NCBI GenBank assembly: GCA_003020925.1
Contig: PXRT01000005.1
Coordinates: forward strand, 4,052 to 68,051
From: Halobacteriales archaeon QS_6_64_34
Lineage (GTDB): Archaea; Halobacteriota; Halobacteria; Halobacteriales; Haloarculaceae
Reading direction: 5' to 3'
DNA: 64,000 nucleotides
Shown here: piece after piece, positions 9,936 to 19,862 of the stretch
Numbering within the stretch: the first letter of the stretch is position 1
Layout: every line of letters begins with the position of its first letter
The notes under the pieces: generated by a model
What the model was told of the DNA's origin: nothing
The model's input: the letters and a program-made list of their open reading frames with translations, nothing else
Database searches by the model: none
Made by a program: the position numbers and the translations under genes

Positions 9936-11291
9936 TCACTCGAAGTCGCCAAGCGACGCCTGACTGTCGGTGTCGTCCGCCCCGTCGTCACCCGGTTTTT
10001 CTGTGTCAGCATCTGCGGCGGAGTCGGTACTGTCGAAGGCAGTCAGACTCGCCTGCCCGTCTGCGGGGGGCGCCGACGAGTCACCCGTCACCGTGTCACT
10101 GTCCGAGTCGGTTTCCGAGTCCGCCGTTTCCTTCGTGCCTTCGAACCCACCGAGGCTGGCCTGCTCGCCGGCGGAGAAATCCAGGTTCGAGACGCGGACG
10201 CCAAGCTTTCGCACCTCGCTGTCCTCGAACTCCTCGAGTAGGTCCAGCGCGATGGATTCGACAAGGTCGGCGTCGGCGACTGGACCGGGCAGCGACCGAG
10301 CGCGGGTGTTGATATCGAACGGCGGTTCCACGACCTTGATGCCGATGGTCTGGTAGCGGGCCTCCGTCCGATGGGCCCGGTCCGCGACGGCCTCGGCGAG
10401 CGTCCGGACTTTCCGCCGTTTCTCCTCGCCCGACTCGACAGCTTCGATGAACGCGGACTCCCGCGAGAGGCTCTTTGGGTCACCGTGAGGGGTCACCTCC
10501 CTGGTGTCTTCCCCCCGGGCGTAACGCCATATCTCCCGGCCGCGCTCGCCAAAGCGCCCCTCCAGTGGCTCCGGGTCCGCGTCTGCGAGGTCACCGGCCG
10601 TCTCGATGCCGAGGTCGGAAAGCCGTCGGGCCGTCACGGGGCCGACGCCGTGGACCTCGTCCACGGGGAGGTCGGCGAAAAAGTCCCGGACTTCGCCCGG
10701 CTCGACGACGACCTGTCCGTCAGGTTTCTCCCGGTCGCTAGCCACCTTCGCGGCGCTCATCGTCGGCGCGACGCCGACGCTGGCGACGACGCCGACCTCG
10801 GACTCGATGGTCTCCCGCAGGTCGCCTGCCCACGCATCCGCGCCGTCCCAGCCGACGGTGTCGGTGACGTCGAGATACGCTTCGTCGATGCTGACCTCCC
10901 GGACGGTGTCGCTCTCGGCGTGGAGTATCTCCTTTACTTCCGCCGCGACCGACTCGTAGTAGTCCATATCGACCGGTCGGTAGATTCCCGTCGCGGGGTC
11001 TGTATCCGCGTCGGTGGTAGCACCTCCCTCGGCGTCCGCCCGGCGGGGGAGCCGTTCGAGCGCTTCAGAGATGGCCATTGCCGACTCGATGCCGTACTCG
11101 CGGGCCTCGTAGCTCGCCGTCGCGACGGCGCCGTGTGTCTCCCCGCCCTCGTACCCCATCCCGACGACCAGCGGCTCGCCGGCCAGGTCGGGGTCCCGTC
11201 GCTGTTCACAAGCCGCGTAGAAACAGTCCATATCCACGTGGGCGACTACCTGGTCGGGGCGAGCGGTGCCTGGCAGCCGCGTGGCGTCCAT
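9936..11291 (-). CDS. dinB: Y-family DNA polymerase IV
   Basis: HVDMDCFYA, SYEAR, SIDEAYLD, RKLGV; acidic tail with repeated QASLxxF PIP-like motifs. Confidence 0.93.
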   Translation of the reverse strand: MDATRLPGTARPDQVVAHVDMDCFYAACEQRRDPDLAGEPLVVGMGYEGGETHGAVATASYEAREYGIESAMAISEALERLPRRADAEGGATTDADTDPATGIYRPVDMDYYESVAAEVKEILHAESDTVREVSIDEAYLDVTDTVGWDGADAWAGDLRETIESEVGVVASVGVAPTMSAAKVASDREKPDGQVVVEPGEVRDFFADLPVDEVHGVGPVTARRLSDLGIETAGDLADADPEPLEGRFGERGREIWRYARGEDTREVTPHGDPKSLSRESAFIEAVESGEEKRRKVRTLAEAVADRAHRTEARYQTIGIKVVEPPFDINTRARSLPGPVADADLVESIALDLLEEFEDSEVRKLGVRVSNLDFSAGEQASLGGFEGTKETADSETDSDSDTVTGDSSAPPADGQASLTAFDSTDSAADADTEKPGDDGADDTDSQASLGDFE

Positions 11292-11500
11292 GGGAAGTGG
11301 ATACACGTGGTCGGTGAAAACTGCTCCGTCCGACTGGGCTGCAAGCGGTGGACGACCGCGCCGCTAGTCGGTCATAGGTGGGGGACACTGATGGGTGCAC
11401 TATGCCACAACCAGGTCCCCAAGTGGACACGACACTGCAGTTTGTTATCAACTTTCCCGTTTCAGGCCGGCGACGGTGGCCTGCATCCGGGCCGCATACG

Positions 11501-11590
11501 GTGGTGTTTAGTTAGGCGATTCAGACTGTCACCAGCCGGGGCTTTCTGGCTCTCTTCCGCGTTTTCTACTAAACTAAACATTACCGTCGC
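11501..11590. repeat. Palindromic repeat copy 2 (inverted; lacks the 25-bp loop/second arm of copy 1)
   Basis: Reverse complement matches 629-743 except for the internal deletion and two mismatches. Confidence 0.85.
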
Positions 11591-11638
11591 ACACCCCAAA
11601 CTATTTTTCCGAGGGGCTGTCCCGGGACCGCTCAGCTG

Positions 11639-13042
11639 TCAGTCGTCCGTCGCCGGCGCCTCGTCTACGGCGTCCGAACCCGTGGCAGTGGGCGCGTTGG
11701 CCCCGTCGGCGTACGGGAAGTGGCCGATAGTGGCCTCGCGGAACGCTTCCTCGTCGAACTCGTACTCGCCGTCGAGGAACTCCAGGAGAGTATGGGTGTC
11801 CCGCATCGCGTTCTTGAGACACGTGGAGGCACCCGGCGAGGGCGTGATGTTGAAGATGACGTCGTCGCCGATGATTTTCGCCTCGCCCATGTCCAGGGAT
11901 TTCTTCTTCGTGTCGACAATCTGGGGCCGCACGCCGCCGTACCCCTTGGCGCGCTCGATGTCGTCCAGTTCCACGCTCGGGACCACTTTCTGGACGTGCG
12001 GGAGGAACTGTCGCGGGCCGACCTCGGGGAGGTCATAGAGCAGGTTCCGGAGGACGTACGGCAGCAACACCTTGTCCGAGAGGATATTGGCGTAGCTGAG
12101 GAACGAGGCCGCGTTCAGCCCGAACACGTCGAGAAAGTCCGAAACAGTCGCGACGTTCCCCCGCTCGAGTGCCGGGACGAGCTTCGCCGTCGGACCGAAC
12201 CGCGTAATCGAGGGGTCGTGGACGTCGGCGTCGCCGTGGACCGCCGCGAAGGGCAGCTTCTTCATCTGGAGGGTGTACACCTTCCCGTTGAGCAGGTCGT
12301 CGGCCAGGAAGAAACTGCCTGCGACGGGCAGCAGGACCTTGTCCTCGCCGTAGCCAAGTTCCTTTGCCATCTGGAGGCTGTGGGAGCCGGCGGCGACGAC
12401 CGTCGCGTCGCAGTCGAACCGGCCCGCTGTGGTCTCGATGGTGTAGCCATCGAGCGTCGGCGTGATATCCGTGACCTCCGTCCCGGTGTAGACGTCGACG
12501 TTTGCTTCCTCCTCCGCTTGTTCGACGAAGGATTTCGTGGTCATTCCGTAGTCGACGACGTAGCCGTCGGGCGTCTGGAGTGCGAGCATGTCGACGTCGG
12601 GCTCGCGGCCCTCCAGGACCTTCGGCTCGATGTCCGCGAGTTCGTCCCGGCCGATGGGTCGGAGCTTCGGGAACAGCTCGCCAAAGCCTTCCTCGTAGTA
12701 GCGCTGCTCGAGCTGTGGGACCTCCTCTTCGCCCACCGCAAGCACCATCTTCGAGCGCTTGGCGTGCATCTCCCGCTCCGGGTCGTGGTTCTCCAGATAG
12801 CCCGCCAGCAGCTCCGCACCCTCTTTGACCTCTTCGGCCTTCTCCAGGGTGTAGTTCGTCTCGATATCACCGAAGTGCAGCGTCTGTGAGTTGTTCGTGT
12901 GGTGGGAGTTGATGGCCGCGACCTCGTCCTCTTTCTCCACGAGCGCGATAGAGTCGATATCCGTGAACTTCGCAGTCGTGTACAGCAGCGATGCTCCGCT
13001 GATTCCCCCGCCGACGATTACCAAGTCGTAGTTCCCTGACAT
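11639..13042 (-). CDS. FAD-dependent oxidoreductase, malate:quinone oxidoreductase-like
   Basis: GGGISG, NNSQTLHFGDIETNY, FNITPSPGAS. Confidence 0.82.
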   Translation of the reverse strand: MSGNYDLVIVGGGISGASLLYTTAKFTDIDSIALVEKEDEVAAINSHHTNNSQTLHFGDIETNYTLEKAEEVKEGAELLAGYLENHDPEREMHAKRSKMVLAVGEEEVPQLEQRYYEEGFGELFPKLRPIGRDELADIEPKVLEGREPDVDMLALQTPDGYVVDYGMTTKSFVEQAEEEANVDVYTGTEVTDITPTLDGYTIETTAGRFDCDATVVAAGSHSLQMAKELGYGEDKVLLPVAGSFFLADDLLNGKVYTLQMKKLPFAAVHGDADVHDPSITRFGPTAKLVPALERGNVATVSDFLDVFGLNAASFLSYANILSDKVLLPYVLRNLLYDLPEVGPRQFLPHVQKVVPSVELDDIERAKGYGGVRPQIVDTKKKSLDMGEAKIIGDDVIFNITPSPGASTCLKNAMRDTHTLLEFLDGEYEFDEEAFREATIGHFPYADGANAPTATGSDAVDEAPATDD

Positions 13043-13194
13043 ACAGTGGCCTCTCTATCGGAACGCGTGTTCTCCAGACCCATAACTCATATTTTCTCGA
13101 CCGGCTTTTCAACAATCATCGAACTGCACATCGACTATATCAGACGCCGACCCCGTCAGTATTTTTATTTGGTTCGCTGGCCATGTATTCGTGT

Positions 13195-13554
13195 ATGTCA
13201 CTCGTTGCGGACCTCCAGGCGCAAGTCGGCGAGAGTCTCAGGGCCGTCGCTACGTACGAGGAAGACGAGTGGACCCTCCGCTATGAGTGCGATGACATCA
13301 AAGCCAAACCGCGAATCTTCGACAAGATTCACGAGGAGCTGATTTTAGAGGACATGGGCACAGAGTATCTCGAGAGTGTCTTCCAGGTGGGCCAGCTCAA
13401 CTGCACGATGCACAGCTTCGAGGAGGCGATGTGCTTTCACTTCGTTCGCGGCTCACTCCAGGGCGTGTTCGTCTCTATCGAGCCCGAGACGATGGTTTCC
13501 CTGGAGGAGTTCGTCAACGTCTGCAAGGAAAGCGAGATAGAGCCGTCGAGTTGA
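13195..13554 (+). CDS. Conserved haloarchaeal hypothetical protein (DUF7522-like)
   Basis: GESLRAVATY...FEEAMCFHF...GVFVSIE pattern. Confidence 0.7.
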   Translation: MSLVADLQAQVGESLRAVATYEEDEWTLRYECDDIKAKPRIFDKIHEELILEDMGTEYLESVFQVGQLNCTMHSFEEAMCFHFVRGSLQGVFVSIEPETMVSLEEFVNVCKESEIEPSS

Positions 13555-13686
13555 CCGGACTGCTCCGGCTGCTGCAGCCGATTGCCGAAACCTCCGACGC
13601 TAAGCGGTCCCCCTGCCGATGAAAGTTGGTCAGTCCGGGCCCGGCAGCAAGCCAACCCAGCCACGCTGTCGTTGACCCACCAGCAA

Positions 13687-13971
13687 TCACTGTTCGGACG
13701 CTGTGAGTCGCTGTGCCATCGCTCGCACGTACTCGGCCGCAACCTCGGAGTCGACATCGTCCTCGGGCGCTAATGCCTCTGTAACTGCCCCACAGCCATG
13801 CAGCAACGTCGCCCGTAACTCCCCCGCCGGGAGTTTGTTCCGGCTCACCCGCGTGGCCGTGGCAACTGTCCGGCGTGCCGTGTCGAACTCCCCGGCTCGT
13901 ATCGCCGTCTCGGTCTCTTCGAACAGCTGTGAGAGGACTGTCTGTACGTCGCTTGGCAGGTCGTCGGGCAC
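13687..13971 (-). CDS. Hypothetical helical protein
   Basis: GTG 13971; acidic, NKLP...LLHGC...AAEY pattern. Confidence 0.6.
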   Translation of the reverse strand: MPDDLPSDVQTVLSQLFEETETAIRAGEFDTARRTVATATRVSRNKLPAGELRATLLHGCGAVTEALAPEDDVDSEVAAEYVRAMAQRLTASEQ

Positions 13972-14145
13972 AACTGGACGTGTGGTGGCACGGATATAAC
14001 TCTCCGGCGCTGACGGACGGCGAATGTCCAGAATCACCGTAGTAGCGACGGATATTGAATCCTATATCGGTCGTTGTAGTGAAGACGCGAGTTGAACAAC
14101 CATGTCACCGACATCTATATCAGTATGAAAAAAGTATGAATAGAT

Positions 14146-14415
14146 ATGCCCGAACACAAACGGAAAGTCGGAGAGCGGGGGCAGGTGACGATTCCGAAGG
14201 AACTGCGGGACCGTCGTGGCATCGAAGGCGGTGACGAAGTCGAGTTCGTCGAAGTGAACGACGAGATTATAATCAAGCCGCCGACGGATGAGGAACGGCT
14301 TGCTGAAGGATATCGAAAGAGAGCTGAGCGGTCTCGTGAGTTGGCTGAAGAAATGGAAGAAGCATCCACAGAAGCAACCGGACATCTCGGCGACGCGCCC
14401 GGTTGGAACGAGTGA
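14146..14415 (+). CDS. AbrB/MazE-type antitoxin
   Basis: GERGQVTIPKELRDRRGIEGGDEVEF. Confidence 0.9.
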   Translation: MPEHKRKVGERGQVTIPKELRDRRGIEGGDEVEFVEVNDEIIIKPPTDEERLAEGYRKRAERSRELAEEMEEASTEATGHLGDAPGWNE

Positions 14416-14430
14416 ATTCTGGAGTCAACT

Positions 14431-14781
14431 GTGCAGGTACGCCGCGGCGACATTGTCATCGTTGAACTGAATCCCACGAAAGGGAGTGAACAGCAAGAAA
14501 AGAGCCGGCCCTGTGTTGTCATCCAGAACGATGTTGGAAATCAGTACTCACCGACAACCATCATCGCTCCATTCATAAAGCAGTACACGTCTGGAGATAC
14601 ATACCCCTTCGAGGTGGAAATACTGGCTTCGGATACTGCCCTCGATCACGATTCAGTGGCAGACCTAAGTCAAATCCGGGTTGTCGACATCGACGGACGT
14701 GTGAAAAGGAACATTGGACCTGTCCCGTCATCAGATATGGTAAAAATCGACTCGGCAATCAAAGATAGCCTCGGCATTTGA
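14431..14781 (+). CDS. mazF: MazF/PemK family toxin (catalytic Thr position is Ile)
   Basis: RGDIVIVELNPTKGSEQ, RPCVVIQND, QIRVVD. Confidence 0.88.
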   Translation: MQVRRGDIVIVELNPTKGSEQQEKSRPCVVIQNDVGNQYSPTTIIAPFIKQYTSGDTYPFEVEILASDTALDHDSVADLSQIRVVDIDGRVKRNIGPVPSSDMVKIDSAIKDSLGI

Positions 14782-14842
14782 ACGAAACGTTCCGTCAGTG
14801 TATAGTCTCTACAGCGCGCTCAGTGGTTCAGAAACACATATA

Positions 14843-15022
14843 TGGGGTCGGAGGGATTTGAACCCCCGATCGGCTGATATCTCCGTCCAGCGCCTCGGAA
14901 CTCCAGAGGGTCATCGTCGCGGGCCGGTGATCAGCCGGTCGCTCAGTATATCAGCCCTCGGATGTCGTCCCTGGCGCGTGGCCTCTGGAGTCAGCCGCCT
15001 TCCCGGACTAGGCCACGACCCC
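14843..15022 (-). tRNA. tRNA-Trp(CCA) with a 106-nt intron (14879-14984)
   Basis: Cloverleaf reconstructs from exons 15022-14985 and 14878-14843; anticodon arm GCUGA-CUCCAGA-UCAGC; T-loop TTCAAAT. Confidence 0.96.
14879..14984 (-). ncRNA. Intron-encoded C/D box guide RNA of pre-tRNA-Trp
   Basis: C-like GGACGA, D' CTGA, C' CGATGA, D CCGA; guides GGCTGATAT and CTCTGGAGT complementary to the anticodon arm, as known for haloarchaeal tRNA-Trp. Confidence 0.85.
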
Positions 15023-15072
15023 GCACTCCGTCGTATGCCGATTGGTACTAAAGGGATTTCGATTGCAGTACG

Positions 15073-15300
15073 CTAGTCCCGGTCTGTCTCGGCCCAGTCG
15101 CACTCCTGGCACTTATAGCCCGTGACGAACTCCAGTGCCGACGGCATGTACCCCACGGAGATGACGTTCTCGCCACACTCCGGGCACTCGCGGTCGGCGT
15201 CTGCTATCGGTTCTGCGTCCATCACGCTCTCGCCTTCGATGAGTTCGGCGAGGCTCTCGGGGGTCTGCATCCGCCCCTGTACCACGCGGTTGTCGGCCAT
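15073..15300 (-). CDS. Small CPxCG zinc-finger protein (DUF5795-like)
   Basis: CPECG and CQECD pairs. Confidence 0.85.
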   Translation of the reverse strand: MADNRVVQGRMQTPESLAELIEGESVMDAEPIADADRECPECGENVISVGYMPSALEFVTGYKCQECDWAETDRD

Positions 15301-15396
15301 ACCGGAGAGCGGAGCGTCGGCCGCCTAAATCTTCCCCTCTGGCAATTGTTGCAGCGAGGATGGCGGTGGCAGATGGAGCTTTTGCCACGTTCTGAC

Positions 15397-15441
15397 AGCC
15401 AGAAAGTCCCCACGCAGACACTACTAACAGGGCTTTCTGGA
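15397..15441. repeat. Degenerate third copy of the repeat core hairpin
   Basis: agccagaaagtcccc...gggctttctgg. Confidence 0.6.
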
Positions 15442-15447
15442 CAGTTC

Positions 15448-16335
15448 CTAGAGCCACGGCGCGCGTTCCTGGTCGGGGTCGTACTCCACCTTCGCGCCAT
15501 CGTCGGTCCGCTCGTCAGCCGCGACGCCCTGGGAGGCGCCGCCGTCGGAGAACGCAGCGGTGAGGTCCACCGCGTCGGGGTGGTACTCCTGGTGGCGTTC
15601 GCGGGCGTTCTCCGGGTCGAACGAGAGCAGGGCGGTGACGCCCAGCACGGCCAGTGCGACCGGGGCCTGGGTCGGGAGCAGGCCGAGCACGGAGAGTGCG
15701 AGCACGCCCAGGGCAACGGCGCTCCCGAAGCGAAAGCGGTCGATGTCCACGGCGTTGCGGAGCCACGGGCTCGCGAGCGCGACGACGAGTGCGAAGCCGA
15801 CGCCGATACCGGCGGTCCCAGCGGCGCGAGCGAGCATCTCGGGGTCGGCGTCGACGACGAACCTCGCGCCGGCGGGGTCGACGCTCGCGAGCAGGCCCAG
15901 ACCGACGATGATGGCCGGTCGGGGGAGCAACTCCCCGATGCGGGCGCTTGCGGTCTGGGCCGCGATGGCCAGGATGACGATGCCGGCGAATCGCTCGAAG
16001 GTGGCGAGGTGGACGACGCCGGCGATGGTCGGCGCGATGGCGGCTTCGAGTACTGCGACCGGTATCAACACGGCGCCGATGAGCAGGACGGTCCTGGCCT
16101 GCTGTCGCGGGCTGGCCCCCATCTCGGCGAGGACGACGGCGACCATCGCAGAGCCACCGAAGACGAGCAGGCCCACCTCGAGCATGCCGGTCCAGGTGGT
16201 GAGCGCGCCCGCGAGGACGAGCACGGGGAAGATGCCGTCGACGAGGGGGAGACCCATGACCGTCGCGAGGAGTCGCCCTCCTCGACCGACCTGTCGCTCG
16301 ACGTCGAGCGCGACCGGATGTCTGGAGCTACTCAT
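15448..16335 (-). CDS. Membrane protein (DUF5794-like)
   Basis: LATVMGLPLVDGIF, many TM segments, C-terminal ERAPWL. Confidence 0.8.
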   Translation of the reverse strand: MSSSRHPVALDVERQVGRGGRLLATVMGLPLVDGIFPVLVLAGALTTWTGMLEVGLLVFGGSAMVAVVLAEMGASPRQQARTVLLIGAVLIPVAVLEAAIAPTIAGVVHLATFERFAGIVILAIAAQTASARIGELLPRPAIIVGLGLLASVDPAGARFVVDADPEMLARAAGTAGIGVGFALVVALASPWLRNAVDIDRFRFGSAVALGVLALSVLGLLPTQAPVALAVLGVTALLSFDPENARERHQEYHPDAVDLTAAFSDGGASQGVAADERTDDGAKVEYDPDQERAPWL

Positions 16336-16341
16336 CGCGTG

Positions 16342-16506
16342 TCAGTGTTGGGGATACCCTGACTCCCCGCTGGTGGCTGCTGCGTGGTCGACACCGCCGC
16401 CGTGTCGGGCCTGTTTCCCGAAGCCCACCGAAAATGTATTTTCCGACGCCGTGGCACGCGGGGCTTGCCGGTCGGTGAAATCGATGGTGGGTTGGGAGCA
16501 GCGCAT
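16342..16506 (-). CDS. 54-aa leader ORF upstream of the DUF5794-like gene (absent from ORF track)
   Basis: MRCSQPTIDFTDRQAPRATASENTFSVGFGKQAR...YPQH*; TATA-like CTTATA about 25 nt upstream; stop 6 nt before next ATG. Confidence 0.55.
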   Translation of the reverse strand: MRCSQPTIDFTDRQAPRATASENTFSVGFGKQARHGGGVDHAAATSGESGYPQH

Positions 16507-16808
16507 ATCTATAATTAATTTTCAAAAAGGTATAAGCGTTGTGTGAGAATCGGGACCACACGTCGTGAAACGTCTGAATTATTCGACTGTAACTGTACAA
16601 GCGTAGCGATACTGACACTGGTGGCTGTAAGTTCGTAAAGATATTCGCCACCGCGAATTCCTTCAGTTTGTTACAGCCACCAGTATGAGCAGTTGAGACA
16701 ACAGTGTACAATCGGAAAGGGACGATACACCACCGAAACGGTATGCGAGTCCACCACAGTCCACAGCCGTCTCGCAACGCTTTTGCCCGGCGGTACTGGA
16801 CGACTTAC

Positions 16809-18293
16809 ATGGCGAACGATTCCGAGCCCTTCTCCGAGAAACTCCGCGTTCCGGAGGCGTTGACCTTCGACGACGTACTGCTGCGACCGAAAGAGTCCCG
16901 GGTCGAACCGGACGAGGCGGACACCGCGACGCGCGTCTCCAAGAACGTCGAACTGAACGTCCCCGTGCTGACGGCGGCGATGGACACCGTCACCGAGAGC
17001 GACATGGCTATCGCGATGGCCCGCCAGGGCGGTCTGGGCGTGCTCCATCGCAACATGGACACGGACGAGATGGCCACCGAAATCGAGCGAGTCAAGCGCT
17101 ACGACGAACTCATCATCCGTGATGTCGTGACGGCCCACCCCGAGCAGACGGTCCGAGAGGTCGACCGGATGATGGACCGCAAAGGCGTCTCTGGTGCTCC
17201 CGTCGTCGACGACGAGACCGGCAAAGTCCTGGGCATCATCTCCGGGACCGACATCCGGCCCTACCTCGAGGTCGGCGAGTCCGACGCCGTGACCGAGGCC
17301 ATGACCGACGAGGTCATCACCGCCTCGGAAGACGTCACACCGCGAGCGGCCCTCGAGTTGATGTACGACCACAAGATAGAGCGGGTCCCCATCGTCGACG
17401 AGGAGAACCGTCTCGTCGGTCTCATCACGATGGGTGGGGTCCTCAAGCGCCGCGAGTACGACAACGCCGCCCGCGACGAGGACGGGCACCTCCGCGTCGG
17501 CGCCGCCGTGGGTCCCTTCGAGGTCGACCGCGCGGCCGCGGCCGGCGAGGCCGGTGTGGACGTGCTCTTTATCGACTGTGCGCACGCTCACAACGCGAAC
17601 GTCATCGACAGCGCCCGGGAAATCAAGGCGACCGTCGACGCGGACGTCGTCGTCGGCAACATCGGCACCAGCGAGGCCGCAGAGGCCGTCGTCGACTTCG
17701 CCGACGGCGTCAAGGTCGGCATCGGCCCCGGCTCTATCTGTACCACCCGGGTCGTCACCGGCGCGGGGATGCCCCAGATTACGGCCGTCTCGCAGGTCGC
17801 CGACGTGGCCAGCCAGCATGACGTCCCCGTCATCGCCGACGGTGGCATTCGGTACTCCGGCGACGCTATCAAGGCCATCGCCGCCGGCGCGGACGCGGTA
17901 ATGCTGGGTTCGTACTTCGCGGGCACCGACGAGGCCCCCGGTCGCGTCATCCAGATGAACGGCAAGAAGTACAAGCAGTATCGCGGCATGGGGTCGGTCG
18001 GCGCCATGAGCGAGGGCGGCGGCGAACGCTACCTCAAGGAGGACGACGAGGACGAGGACTACGTCCCGGAAGGTGTCGAAGCCGCGACCCCCTACAAGGG
18101 CTCGCTCGCCTCCGAACTCCACCAGCTCGTCGGCGGAATGCAGTCGGGCATGGGCTATGTCGGCGCCGAGACCATCCCCGAGTTCAAGCAGCGCTCGGAG
18201 TTCGTTCGCGTCTCCTCGGCCGGCCACCAGGAGAGTCACCCCCACGACGTGATGATTACGGACGAAGCGCCCAACTACAGCCCGGACAGCTAA
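16809..18293 (+). CDS. guaB: IMP dehydrogenase with CBS pair
   Basis: [30 protein letters not shown]. Confidence 0.96.
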   Translation: MANDSEPFSEKLRVPEALTFDDVLLRPKESRVEPDEADTATRVSKNVELNVPVLTAAMDTVTESDMAIAMARQGGLGVLHRNMDTDEMATEIERVKRYDELIIRDVVTAHPEQTVREVDRMMDRKGVSGAPVVDDETGKVLGIISGTDIRPYLEVGESDAVTEAMTDEVITASEDVTPRAALELMYDHKIERVPIVDEENRLVGLITMGGVLKRREYDNAARDEDGHLRVGAAVGPFEVDRAAAAGEAGVDVLFIDCAHAHNANVIDSAREIKATVDADVVVGNIGTSEAAEAVVDFADGVKVGIGPGSICTTRVVTGAGMPQITAVSQVADVASQHDVPVIADGGIRYSGDAIKAIAAGADAVMLGSYFAGTDEAPGRVIQMNGKKYKQYRGMGSVGAMSEGGGERYLKEDDEDEDYVPEGVEAATPYKGSLASELHQLVGGMQSGMGYVGAETIPEFKQRSEFVRVSSAGHQESHPHDVMITDEAPNYSPDS

Positions 18294-18402
18294 CCACAAC
18301 AGTTCCCTTCTCGAACCGCCCTGGGGTCGTATGACTCGCGCCACTCATCAATCACGGGACGGTGACAGCCGAAACGACTCACTGATGACGGCGACACGAA
18401 AA

Positions 18403-18476
18403 CGGGCCGGAAGGGATTTGAACCCTCGACCGACGGCTTAAGAGGCCGTCGCTCTGCCAGACTGAGCTACCGGCCC
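18403..18476 (-). tRNA. tRNA-Lys(CTT)
   Basis: GGGCCGG acceptor stem; anticodon arm ACGGC-CTCTTAA-GCCGT; TTCAAAT loop. Confidence 0.95.
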
Positions 18477-18639
18477 TGCGTACTGTGGTTACGCAGGGGT
18501 TTGTATATACGTTTCCTTCCGTCCCCGGATTTCCGGGCGCGCTGAAGCCGGTAGCCGTCAGCGAGCACTGGGTCTCATACTGATAGCACTGGAAACGTAT
18601 TGACCACCCCGACAAACTCAGACCGCAAGTACGACCGAC

Positions 18640-19680
18640 CTACCAGAAGAGGCCGCCGCCGTACTCGAAGGTCGGCTGCTCGGCGGTCACCGTCGCAGTG
18701 TTGCCGTCCGTGTTGACGCTGATGTTATCGTGGTTGGCGAGCGAGCCGTCGCCGGTGTTGTTCGCTTCAATCCATTCGTTGATATCGCTCTCGTTGACGT
18801 CGCCCTCGCTGTCGTAGACGAAGACCCACTGCTTCTGGGTCGTGTCGCCGTTGATGCTGTCGGCCCGGCCGGAGGCCACGACCCCTTTGAAGTCCGCAGT
18901 CGGGATGTTCTCGTTGCCGCCGTCGTCCGAGCCAATCTCGTTGGCCAGGAGTTCGAAGTTGACGCTGACGCCGTTGTTGAGCGTGTCGGTGAGCGTTGCG
19001 AAAGTGTCGTTTTCGTCCACGAAGCGGTCGTTTCCTTCCGAGCCAGTGTCGATTATCCCCTCGACGACGTCCGGAGCGGCCACTTCACTGGAGTCGTTGC
19101 TGAAGTTCGAGACGCGTCGACCCTCGACGATAGTGCCGTTTCCGACGGCAATCGCGTCCGGGGACTCGTCCGGCTCTTCCTGGACGAAAATTTCGTAGTC
19201 GTCGTTGTACGTGCTGTCGGATTTGTAGACGGTGCTGCCAGTGGACCCACCGCTGTTTCTGGCACCCGGTGTCGGTGTGCTCGCCCGGTCGGCCGTCAGT
19301 TCCGTCTTGACAGCCTCGGTGTCGAACGACCCGGTGATGACGCGGCCCTCAGGGAGGTTGACCTGCATCCCCACGTCTTCGGGGTCGATACCCAGGGTGG
19401 GATAGCTGGTCCCCAGGATGCTCAGTCGAGTGAAGTCGTTCAGCTCCCCTTCGTTCGAGAGCATGGACTCGTAGCTGACGGCACTGTTGTTGAGTCCCTC
19501 CGCGTCACTCTCGAACGTGTCCGGCGCGTACACCCAGTTCGTGTAGTCACCGAGGCCGCCGCCCCCACCGGGAAGGAGGTCCTGTATCGCGCTACAGCCA
19601 GCGAGGCTCCCAACTGCGCCCAGAGCTGCTGTTCCCGCACCCACTCGCATCAGCGTTCGCCGTGACATATCTTCGGACAT
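18640..19680 (-). CDS. Tat-exported lipoprotein
   Basis: SRRTLM twin-arginine motif, LAGC lipobox, very acidic body. Confidence 0.85.
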   Translation of the reverse strand: MSEDMSRRTLMRVGAGTAALGAVGSLAGCSAIQDLLPGGGGGLGDYTNWVYAPDTFESDAEGLNNSAVSYESMLSNEGELNDFTRLSILGTSYPTLGIDPEDVGMQVNLPEGRVITGSFDTEAVKTELTADRASTPTPGARNSGGSTGSTVYKSDSTYNDDYEIFVQEEPDESPDAIAVGNGTIVEGRRVSNFSNDSSEVAAPDVVEGIIDTGSEGNDRFVDENDTFATLTDTLNNGVSVNFELLANEIGSDDGGNENIPTADFKGVVASGRADSINGDTTQKQWVFVYDSEGDVNESDINEWIEANNTGDGSLANHDNISVNTDGNTATVTAEQPTFEYGGGLFW

Positions 19681-19862
19681 TATGGTCCTGTGTTTATTTA
19701 CTATCTTATAGTAGTTACCATTCGTTCGATAACTATCTGACAACAACAGTTGGAATGCGAATGTGAATTCCATGATACCCATCGGCCCCAGCACCGAGAA
19801 CCCAGTCCCACCGGCTGCGGAGACGGTGCAATATAAGTGCGTCCCGACCCCACTGCCTTCCA

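Noticed and set aside
13550-14843. Integrated provirus or att duplication at tRNA-Trp
   Set aside because: No integrase and no second copy of the tRNA 3' end found by eye.
14879-14984. tRNA intron with C/D boxes as a novelty
   Set aside because: Well described in Haloferax and other euryarchaea.
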